This document shows positions 25,191 to 32,000 of a stretch of 32,000 nucleotides of DNA, in pieces. The notes beneath the pieces were generated by a model that saw nothing but the letters and a program-made list of their open reading frames with translations, was not told the DNA's origin and ran no database searches. A program made the position numbers and the translations under genes. Positions within the stretch are counted from its first letter, which is position 1; every line of letters starts with the position of its first letter. The DNA comes from Thermodesulfobacteriota bacterium. GTDB taxonomy: Bacteria > Desulfobacterota > WTBG01 > JAGOGO01. The stretch is taken from assembly GCA_026625185.1 (NCBI GenBank), contig CP113000.1, positions 2,055,622 to 2,087,621 of the forward strand. The letters are read 5' to 3'.

Positions 25191-26450
25191 TCAGAGACAG
25201 CGGCGTTGCTCTGCTTTAAATATCTTATAATATGAGGCCATATCTTTACCGACCACTATTTTGACCTTAATATTTCGGTTTTTAAACCCAGTAACCTTAA
25301 CCACATCCTGGCGTTGGGGTATTTGTTTAGCCAAAGAGTAAGCATCCTGAAGATACCCGTCACAATAATAAATGGTTGTTTTCAGGTTATTGAACCGGGG
25401 TTCGTTTTTCAAAGAGGAAACTTTAAAACCTTTTTTGCCTAAATAAAAGGCCACACTTCGGGCAAAATGCCTAATCCCATTTCCATTCGAGACTTCTATA
25501 CCTTTTGGCACCACCGGTAGCTTCTGTAAAAGCGGACGGTTATCGGATAAGGTTTTTGCTTTTATAGCTGAAGATGACGGCCGGGTTGATGCTCCAATAT
25601 TTTTAGAAAACAGTACGTCTTTAGTCTTGTCTTTAGGCTTTCCACAGTACTTTTTCTGTTCCGAGAGGAGGTTGCCTGATGGAGAAGCCACAAGTTTTTC
25701 TTCATGGATACTTTTATCAATCGGCGCATCTTGCGAAAGCTTTTCTTCATTATTCTCATTATTATTATTCGGAGGAAAATTCTTCGCCACTAAAGTTTTA
25801 TTGGGGTAAAGATTTGGGTTTTGATTAAACAGGTCAGCCATGTAACGACGCGCTTTTTCTTCATTGCCGGCGCTTTTAAACTCGTTAAACGCAAGCTCAT
25901 ATTTCCCTTGCTGGCCGTAAGCCAGACCCAGGTTATTATGGTATTGCCGGTTTTCTTTATCGAGGGCGACTGCTTGCTGAAAGGCGTTAACCGCGGAATC
26001 GAGTTTCTTTTGGAGCAGGTAAGAGTACCCGAGATTATTGTAGATATAAGCAAGGTTTGGGTTTAAACGCAAAGCCCCTTCATAGGCGTTAACTGCCCGG
26101 GGAAACTCTCCCAATAAATCGTATGAGACTCCGAGCCCATTGTAGGCCTTCACATATCCCGGATCATTCTGAAGGGTTTTTTTAAACTCTTTGATGGCGA
26201 GCTGGTGTTTTTTTCTTTCCTGGTAGAAACAAGCGAGGCGGTAATGCGACTCGGCATCATTGTTGGTGGGTTTTATGGTGCGCGTGAATTCTTCTATCTT
26301 TTTATCGGTGAGAGCATACTGGGATTTTTCCTTGTCCTGGAACGGCAACCAGCTTACCATCTTTTTCCATGGAGAACACCCGGCAAGAAAACACAACAAA
26401 AAGACCCCGATAGCGCCTCTTAACATTGCAGAGTTTATTTTTTTTCTCAT
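25191..26450 (-). CDS. TPR-repeat lipoprotein with a C-terminal LytR_C-like domain; the track ORF extends to 26513
   Basis: GGAGGGAG RBS precedes the ATG at 26450. Signal peptide with a lipobox (LLCFLAGCS). Four or five TPR-like repeats (AYNGLGVSYDLLGEF, AYIYNNLGYSYLLQ, and others). The C-terminus IEVSNGNGI...ARSVAFYLGKKGFKV...IVVGKD is LytR_C-like. Confidence 0.8.
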   Translation of the reverse strand: MRKKINSAMLRGAIGVFLLCFLAGCSPWKKMVSWLPFQDKEKSQYALTDKKIEEFTRTIKPTNNDAESHYRLACFYQERKKHQLAIKEFKKTLQNDPGYVKAYNGLGVSYDLLGEFPRAVNAYEGALRLNPNLAYIYNNLGYSYLLQKKLDSAVNAFQQAVALDKENRQYHNNLGLAYGQQGKYELAFNEFKSAGNEEKARRYMADLFNQNPNLYPNKTLVAKNFPPNNNNENNEEKLSQDAPIDKSIHEEKLVASPSGNLLSEQKKYCGKPKDKTKDVLFSKNIGASTRPSSSAIKAKTLSDNRPLLQKLPVVPKGIEVSNGNGIRHFARSVAFYLGKKGFKVSSLKNEPRFNNLKTTIYYCDGYLQDAYSLAKQIPQRQDVVKVTGFKNRNIKVKIVVGKDMASYYKIFKAEQRRCL

Positions 26451-26487
26451 TTCTCCCTCCTTTGCCAAAAAGCGAAAAGCTTTTTCC

Positions 26488-26730
26488 CTAATCCCCGGGT
26501 TCCACCCAGACAATATGGTTTTTGTTTATCATGACCACCCTCTCCGGGGAATCCCGAAAAACCACATCAACCAATACGACGAATTGTTCACAGGGAGTTT
26601 TAAAAAGGTCCGATATTCTTTTATTATGGCCTAAATTTATTTTTCCCGCAAAGGTTGAGCCATCTGTAGTTCGGATAGTAACTCCTCGGTACTCCCTCAT
26701 CCAAGTATCGGAATCTTTAAATTCTTCCAC
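26488..26730 (-). CDS. Small hypothetical protein (70-80 aa), start uncertain (GTG 26730 or ATG 26700)
   Basis: An open frame directly upstream of the TPR gene on the same strand. Its composition looks plausible for a small beta-rich domain (VTIRTTDGSTFAGKINLG...FVVLVDV...VVMINKNHIVWVEP). No family was recognised. Confidence 0.45.
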   Translation of the reverse strand: MEEFKDSDTWMREYRGVTIRTTDGSTFAGKINLGHNKRISDLFKTPCEQFVVLVDVVFRDSPERVVMINKNHIVWVEPGD

Positions 26731-27073
26731 CTCCTCGCCCCCTTTCTGATGAATACCTCCAGCGAATAATTTAAAAAAACAGTCTAAACCCTAACCCCCT
26801 ATAACCAAAAGGTTAAATGATCCTAAGAACAAATCCGGGCGTCTTGCCGGGCTTTTTTGCAATAAGAGAATCAGTGCTTCACAGAATGAGCAACGAGTCG
26901 AAAGGAATGAAGGTAAAATTTAATTTTTTCTCATTATATTACTAATTTCATATAAATAAAAGCTTTTTTTAACCGATATTCTAGGAAGTTTGGAGAAAAA
27001 GTTTGTCTTTACCCTTTTATTGACCAATTTAAGTAATTTTGCTAATAAAAATAGTAATTTCCCGCACCACATA

Positions 27074-27274
27074 GTGTCATTTCCCGATTCAATCGGGGAA
27101 TCCAGTTATTAAACCCCCATACAAATCTTTCCAATTCGGATTTACCATTTCAATAAAATCGATTTTCCATATAGCTCTGGATTCCGAGCCTGTCCCGTAC
27201 TTAATACGGGAGTCAAGCCGGAGAATGACTAATATCCCTTAATCTGTATTACCCATTTGTTTACACGAAGACCC
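27074..27274 (-). repeat. Deletion derivative of the GIY-YIG element (flanks retained, nuclease core lost)
   Basis: It matches 20283-20375 (hairpin tcccgatt.aatcgggga, C-terminal coding WKIDFIE.VNPNWKDL) and 20585-20665 (5' flank ...acccayttgtttacacgaag). The junction is at atATGGAAAATCGA, a microhomology between the gene start ATGGAAAAA and the internal TGGAAAATCG. Confidence 0.75.
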
Positions 27275-27639
27275 ATTATTTGAAAAAGCTATAAGCAGTA
27301 AGTTTATTATTCCCCTTTTATTTGTCGTATTTTTTTGTTTTTTCACACCCCAAAAACCTCTCTCCTTGCGCCCAGTGCACGCTTTGCACAACCCCCTCGC
27401 TCGTATAACGGCCAACAGAACACGGTAAACGGATTACGGTCCACAGTTAACGGAGAACTGACAACGGATAACTATCTATTTAGACTCAAAGCATTTTTGG
27501 GTAAAAATATACCCAGGCAGAATGAAATTTTGAGAAGTATTATGGAAAGATTATTGAAATACTAAAAAAAAATAAATGAGTTAGGGATTGGAAAATTTAG
27601 GGATTGAAAAAATTCAATGAGAATGAAAAAAATATTTTT

Positions 27640-27667
27640 ATTGCGGAATTGCGGAAATTCGTATATT
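27640..27667 (+). promoter_or_regulatory. Possible vapBC promoter/operator: tandem ATTGCGGA x2 overlapping a -35-like TTGCGG, plus TATATT
   Basis: ATTGCGGAATTGCGGA (27640-27655) is followed by TATATT (27662-27667), about 40 nt upstream of the antitoxin ATG. Spacing to the first TTGCGG is 15 nt, which is suboptimal. Confidence 0.3.
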
Positions 27668-27706
27668 CTGTTATTATGGAGGTATGAATTTTTGCAGGAG
27701 AAAATT

Positions 27707-27958
27707 ATGAAAGAAAACGTCATGGTATCCGGCCGCGGACAAATTACCCTGCCGGCGGCGATTCGAAAGCGCTTAGGGATTAAGCCCGGAGGTATGGTGG
27801 TTTTAGAAGAAAAAAACGGCGAGGTAGTGTTACGCCCCGGAGTGGTAGTGGAAATTGAGACCTACACCGATGCCGACATCGCCCAATGGGATGAAGAGGA
27901 CCGATTAGACAAAACTGAACGCGCAGCACTACTCAAACGCCTGGGTAAAAAGACTTGA
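27707..27958 (+). CDS. vapB: AbrB/SpoVT-fold antitoxin (VapB-like); the track ORF begins earlier, at 27617
   Basis: MKENVMVSGRGQITLPAAIRKRLGIKPGGMVVLEEKNGEVVLRP is a typical SpoVT/AbrB swapped-hairpin motif. AGGAG lies 6 nt before the ATG at 27707. The stop overlaps the toxin start (TTGA). Confidence 0.8.
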   Translation: MKENVMVSGRGQITLPAAIRKRLGIKPGGMVVLEEKNGEVVLRPGVVVEIETYTDADIAQWDEEDRLDKTERAALLKRLGKKT

Positions 27959-28359
27959 AACGATTGTTTCTTGACGCCAATGTGCTTTTTACCGCAGCAC
28001 AAAACCCAGCAGGCAAGGCAGCACTGGTGATTGAATATGGAGGAAAGGGATATTGGGAGATCGTGACCAATACTCTCGCCGTTGAAGAAGCCCGAAGAAA
28101 TTTTGCCTTAAAATTTCCGGATTGTTTGACGAAATTTGAAATGCTTTTGTCGGATGTCTTGGTTTTGCCTTCCCAGATAGAAGGGTCATGTTCTTTTTCC
28201 CTTTCTCCTCAAGACCGAATAATCTTTCTTTCTGCGCTCACATGCAAGGCAACTCACCTGCTAACCGGCGATATCAAACATTTCGGCCCGTTTATAAATA
28301 AGCCGAAGATTACATCAGGAATAATTATTCAGACCGTTCCCGAATTCCTGCGGGGATAA
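27955..28359 (+). CDS. vapC: PIN-domain toxin (VapC-like ribonuclease)
   Basis: N-terminal LFLDANVLF (first catalytic Asp) and a later LLTGD acidic motif. It is 134 aa and translationally coupled to the antitoxin. The start codon is TTG. Confidence 0.75.
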   Translation: MKRLFLDANVLFTAAQNPAGKAALVIEYGGKGYWEIVTNTLAVEEARRNFALKFPDCLTKFEMLLSDVLVLPSQIEGSCSFSLSPQDRIIFLSALTCKATHLLTGDIKHFGPFINKPKITSGIIIQTVPEFLRG

Positions 28360-28363
28360 GCGC

Positions 28364-28396
28364 ACTGCTTTACCCATTTTCGCTTTAAGCAGTTTT
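28364..28396 (+). terminator. Weak rho-independent terminator after vapC
   Basis: ACTGCTT (28364-28370) pairs with AAGCAGT (28387-28393) around a 16-nt loop, followed by TTTT. The large loop makes it weak. Confidence 0.3.
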
Positions 28397-28694
28397 GGGT
28401 AAGTCAATGGCCAACGGTGAACTGACCACATAACGGCCAACCCTGAACGGAAAACGGATAACGGATCAAAGGAATTTGCTTAATAATTGAGGCTTTATTT
28501 TAACCCCGGAGGTGTAAATAGTTAGAAAAGTCTTGATAATTATATAACTTATTGATATAAAAGGAAATATTTATCAAATTGGGATTCAATGCAGGCTTGG
28601 AAATGGTGAAGTGGAAAAAATATCGGGTGTAATGAAATTTTTTGTGTTTGTATTATTGGTACCACGACAAGTTTGATGAACTGACAACAAAGAT

Positions 28695-29105
28695 ATGAAC
28701 ACGAAGTCGACTTGGGATAAGGCAAATGATACGATTGCTCAATTAGTTCGTTATACCTTGGTTGGCGGCTTAGCGTTTGTATTCGATTTTGGGTCTTTAT
28801 TTATCCTTACGGAATATTTAAATATTCATTATCTGGTTTCGGCTGCGTTCGCTTTTTTATTGGGCCTGACGATAAACTATACCTTAAGTATAATCTGGGT
28901 TTTTGAAAAACGTACCCTGTCAAATCAGAGGATAGAGTTTTTCATCTTTTCTTTAATCGGCATGGTTGGATTGGGATTGAATGAGTTTATCATGTGGCTT
29001 TTTACGGATATTCTAAATTGTTTCTATTTGCTATCGAAAATTGTTTCTACTGTATTTGTATTTCTGTGGAATTTTTTCGTAAGAAAATTCGTTTTATTCA
29101 ATTAA
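28695..29105 (+). CDS. GtrA-family small membrane protein
   Basis: 136 aa with four TM helices. [21 protein letters not shown]...[10 protein letters not shown] is typical of GtrA-like proteins. Confidence 0.8.
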   Translation: MNTKSTWDKANDTIAQLVRYTLVGGLAFVFDFGSLFILTEYLNIHYLVSAAFAFLLGLTINYTLSIIWVFEKRTLSNQRIEFFIFSLIGMVGLGLNEFIMWLFTDILNCFYLLSKIVSTVFVFLWNFFVRKFVLFN

Positions 29106-29115
29106 GAGAAATACC

Positions 29116-30705
29116 ATGCACCGGAAAACGGCGGTTATAATAGGCGCAGGACCGGCGGGTCTTACCGCCGCTTATGAATTACTCCATAGAACAGAAATAA
29201 AACCAATTATCTTTGAGAGCACATCTGATATCGGCGGCATATCAAAGACAGTTAATTACAAGGGAAACCGCATAGACATTGGGGGGCACAGGTTCTTTTC
29301 AAAATCAGACAGGATAATGCGATGGTGGCAGCACATAATGCCGGTGCAAGACGACCCTGCACGAGATGAATTCAAACGGAGCTATGAAAATCAGGAAAGG
29401 GGGATAACATTTGCCTTAAATCACAGCGGACCTGATCCTGAAAAAAATGACCGGGTAATGCTTATCCGCCACCGCCTTTCAAGGATATTCTTTTTGCGAA
29501 AATTTTTTGATTATCCGGTATCCCTGAATCTCAATACCTTATCCAACCTGGGAGTCACGAGAATATTTAAAATTGGTTGTAGCTATGCCAAAATAAAGAT
29601 TCTCCCAAAAAGAAAAGAACTCTCTCTGGAAGATTTCTTTATTAATCGCTTTGGAAAGGAATTATACCTTACTTTCTTTAAGGACTATACTGAGAAGGTA
29701 TGGGGGATTCCCTGCACGGCAATAAAACCCGAATGGGGTGCGCAAAGAATTAAAGGTCTGTCTCTTACCAAGACATTCATCCATGCTTTTAAAAAAATAT
29801 TTAAAAAAAAATCGTCTATTGGTCAAAAAAATACAGAAACAACTTTAATCGAGCGGTTTTTATATCCAAAATATGGACCAGGTCAAATGTGGGAGACGGT
29901 AGCACAAATTATCAAGGAAAAAGGCGGAGAAATATACACCAATCAGATGGTCAAAGGCCTCATGGTTGATCGTGAAAAAGTGGTTTCAGTAGAAGTTGAT
30001 GATCTGCGTGAAAAGAGAACATATCAGGTAACCGGGGATTTCTTTTTTTCAACGATGGCGGTGAAAGATTTGGTAGCCGCAATTAAAGGTTATGTTCCCG
30101 ATCATGTTCGTAATGTGGCAGCCGGTTTAGTCTATCGCGATTTTATTACCGTGGGACTTCTTCTGAAAAAATTACTTGTGAAGAATGAATCCAAGATGAC
30201 TACGCTCGGCACTTTAATCCCTGATAACTGGATCTATATTCAAGAAAAGGACGTTAAAGTTGGAAGGCTTCAGATTTTCAATAATTGGAGTCCCTACCTG
30301 GTAGCGAATAAAGATACTGTCTGGATCGGGATGGAATATTTTTGCAATGAAGGTGATGAGCTGTGGAATAAATCGGATGAGGAGTTTAGTGTATTCGCGG
30401 TTGATGAATTAGCGAGGATTGACATTATCGACAAAGAAGACGTCATGGATAGCGTGGTCATCAGAATGGGGAAAACCTATCCCGCCTATTTCGGAACGTA
30501 TGATCGGTTTAACGAAATTAGAGAATTCATCGATACCTACGAAAATCTTTTTTTAATCGGAAGAAACGGAATGCACCGATACAACAATATGGATCATTCC
30601 ATGCTGACGGCCATGGTTGCGGTGGATAATATTCTGAACAAAATATTCACAAAAGATAATATCTGGTCGGTCAATACCGAGCAGGACTATCACGAAGAAC
30701 GATAA
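29116..30705 (+). CDS. NAD(P)/FAD-dependent oxidoreductase (amine-oxidase / UDP-galactopyranose-mutase-like fold)
   Basis: N-terminal dinucleotide fold [16 protein letters not shown]...FES...GG. The C-terminus [15 protein letters not shown] is typical of this flavoenzyme group. It lies 10 nt after the GtrA gene. Confidence 0.75.
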   Translation: MHRKTAVIIGAGPAGLTAAYELLHRTEIKPIIFESTSDIGGISKTVNYKGNRIDIGGHRFFSKSDRIMRWWQHIMPVQDDPARDEFKRSYENQERGITFALNHSGPDPEKNDRVMLIRHRLSRIFFLRKFFDYPVSLNLNTLSNLGVTRIFKIGCSYAKIKILPKRKELSLEDFFINRFGKELYLTFFKDYTEKVWGIPCTAIKPEWGAQRIKGLSLTKTFIHAFKKIFKKKSSIGQKNTETTLIERFLYPKYGPGQMWETVAQIIKEKGGEIYTNQMVKGLMVDREKVVSVEVDDLREKRTYQVTGDFFFSTMAVKDLVAAIKGYVPDHVRNVAAGLVYRDFITVGLLLKKLLVKNESKMTTLGTLIPDNWIYIQEKDVKVGRLQIFNNWSPYLVANKDTVWIGMEYFCNEGDELWNKSDEEFSVFAVDELARIDIIDKEDVMDSVVIRMGKTYPAYFGTYDRFNEIREFIDTYENLFLIGRNGMHRYNNMDHSMLTAMVAVDNILNKIFTKDNIWSVNTEQDYHEER

Positions 30706-30761
30706 ATCTTCTCATATGTTTCATAGAGCCCGGTGGCAGGAATAGGCGAAGGGCATGTCGT

Positions 30762-32000
30762 TCATCTACTATCGAGAGATCTGATACGTTTACAACTGTA
30801 GAGGTACCAATCAAAATCCTGATATTTTAAAATAGCTATATAATTATAGACACGGATGTTTTTTCGCGAAAGAATTTTTTTCGGTTGATATTCCGGCACC
30901 TCATACTGAGCAATGATAAAATCCAAATTCTGAGCCTTGCTACAGCATTTTTTAATCTCGTTTGCGTAGAAAACCTTCATCTTTATCAGTTGGTCTTTAG
31001 TGGAAACTATGATGGGATTCTCAACTGATTCCAATAATCCGATATTATTCATTCTCTTATCTAATTCCAGAGCTTTTTCACGAGAAAAGACAATACCGGA
31101 TTCTTGCAAACGAGATACATAATTTGTGCGGTTTAATAGAAACCATGATAACTCAGGATGCCCAAGCCACAGTATTTCTGAGTTTTTCGGTATATTCTCA
31201 GCCCCGAATGATTGCTCAACTCCGATTGTTTTCGCAAACAATTTTTCACACTCGAGCCTCTGGTCCCATAACCCCAGCGAAATAAAAAAGAAAGTCCCTG
31301 AAAGCGCGATCAAAAGTTTATTTTTTTGCCGCAGGTGATAGTATAAAAGCGGAATACCGGCAAAGATCAAAAGTAAGTTGGAAATTATCGCGTTATAATC
31401 CGGCACTAAATGGATCAATGAAAGAGAGTGGTTAAGCTTAAATATGGCAAAATAAAATAATAGGATATCAGTTAACAGTAGGACAACAGAAAGGATTACC
31501 AGAATGGTATCCAGCTTTATCCTGAAATCCTCGGTAAAAGGATTTTTTTTAAAGACCGTCCATTGCGATAAATATTTATTTTTCTTACTGTAGCTTATTA
31601 ATACCAGGAAGAATTCAATGATGATAAGGACTATATAATGTAGTGAAAACACCGTGGTGTATAAACAAAGCCAGGCCGCGCAATATACGGCTGCAAAGGA
31701 TTTCGCGAAATTTGAATAGTTCCTGATTTTGATATATATCGAGGGCAGGGATAGATAGGAAAAGAATAACAGCAGCCAGCAAGTTCGCCAGGTTTGAACC
31801 TGCAAAACCATTACGTTTTTAAGGAAATCACCCAAACACAAAGACAGGAGGAAGGATATCCCAATGGAAGCGAGGAGGGATATGGCTACCTTGCGTCTCT
31901 TCCCTCTATTGATAACCGCGTAAAGCAGTACTACTAAGAAAGATGCTAAGATCGGCAGAATATCCCTTAAGGTCCAGTTGCTCAGAAAAAGAACAGACGG
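30762..32000 (-). CDS. Polytopic membrane protein with a C-terminal soluble domain, family not recognised. The frame stays open to the window edge, so the gene is 5'-partial.
   Basis: The reverse frame has no stop from 32000 down to 30765 (...ILPILASFLVVLLYAVINRGKRRKVAISLLASIGISFLLSLCLGDF...). The N-terminal two thirds carry many hydrophobic helices. It is convergent with the oxidoreductase gene. Confidence 0.6.
   Translation of the reverse strand, partial: PSVLFLSNWTLRDILPILASFLVVLLYAVINRGKRRKVAISLLASIGISFLLSLCLGDFLKNVMVLQVQTWRTCWLLLFFSYLSLPSIYIKIRNYSNFAKSFAAVYCAAWLCLYTTVFSLHYIVLIIIEFFLVLISYSKKNKYLSQWTVFKKNPFTEDFRIKLDTILVILSVVLLLTDILLFYFAIFKLNHSLSLIHLVPDYNAIISNLLLIFAGIPLLYYHLRQKNKLLIALSGTFFFISLGLWDQRLECEKLFAKTIGVEQSFGAENIPKNSEILWLGHPELSWFLLNRTNYVSRLQESGIVFSREKALELDKRMNNIGLLESVENPIIVSTKDQLIKMKVFYANEIKKCCSKAQNLDFIIAQYEVPEYQPKKILSRKNIRVYNYIAILKYQDFDWYLYSCKRIRSLDSR

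Noticed and set aside
26451-26513. Upstream extension of the TPR lipoprotein ORF (track start at 26513)
   Set aside because: The internal ATG at 26450 has a strong GGAGGGAG RBS and begins a canonical lipoprotein signal peptide. The extension would overlap the upstream small ORF and adds non-signal sequence.
27335-27565. 76-aa + strand ORF upstream of vapB
   Set aside because: It reads through the AACGG-rich degenerate repeat block. It has no RBS and a repetitive TVNG-type translation.

Overview
AT-rich (by eye about 40% GC) bacterial chromosomal window from an anaerobe; I cannot assign a taxon. Gene order, left to right:

(1) Formate module, + strand: a selenocysteine-containing, NAD-type formate dehydrogenase catalytic subunit. 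The ORF track splits it at an in-frame TGA at 1518-1520, which is followed by a SECIS-like hairpin. It is followed by a fused NuoE/NuoF-like diaphorase subunit and an FNT-family formate channel.

(2) A decaying, rearranged spacer: a CBS-pair gene broken in an A9 tract, an intact mobA, a multiply frameshifted fdhD, gene and IS debris, and a roughly 450-770 bp segmental duplication bracketing this block.

(3) A four-gene group 3b (sulfhydrogenase-type, NAD(P)-linked) [NiFe]-hydrogenase operon behind a sigma-54-type promoter.

(4) A dense signalling block: receiver-only RR, GAF histidine kinase, a second sigma-54 promoter, receiver-only RR, histidine kinase, and an NtrC-type sigma-54 activator.

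(5) GIY-YIG nuclease pseudogene remnants and a dispersed structured repeat family flanking ftsY.

(6) An atypical AmmeMemoRadiSam-like pair: a Memo-AMMECR1 fusion plus a second Memo paralog with an N-terminal peptide-binding-like module. No radical SAM gene lies in the window.

(7) A TPR/LytR_C lipoprotein, a vapBC-like toxin-antitoxin cassette flanked by AACGG-rich repeats, and a GtrA / FAD-oxidoreductase / polytopic membrane protein surface-glycan cluster.

I saw no rRNA, tRNA or CRISPR array.

Most interesting items: the Memo/AMMECR1 architecture; the sigma-54-wired formate dehydrogenase plus 3b-hydrogenase neighbourhood; the segmental duplication with fdhD decay; and a GC-rich structured island between a response regulator and a kinase. 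All functional calls rest on motif recognition by eye. No database search was run.
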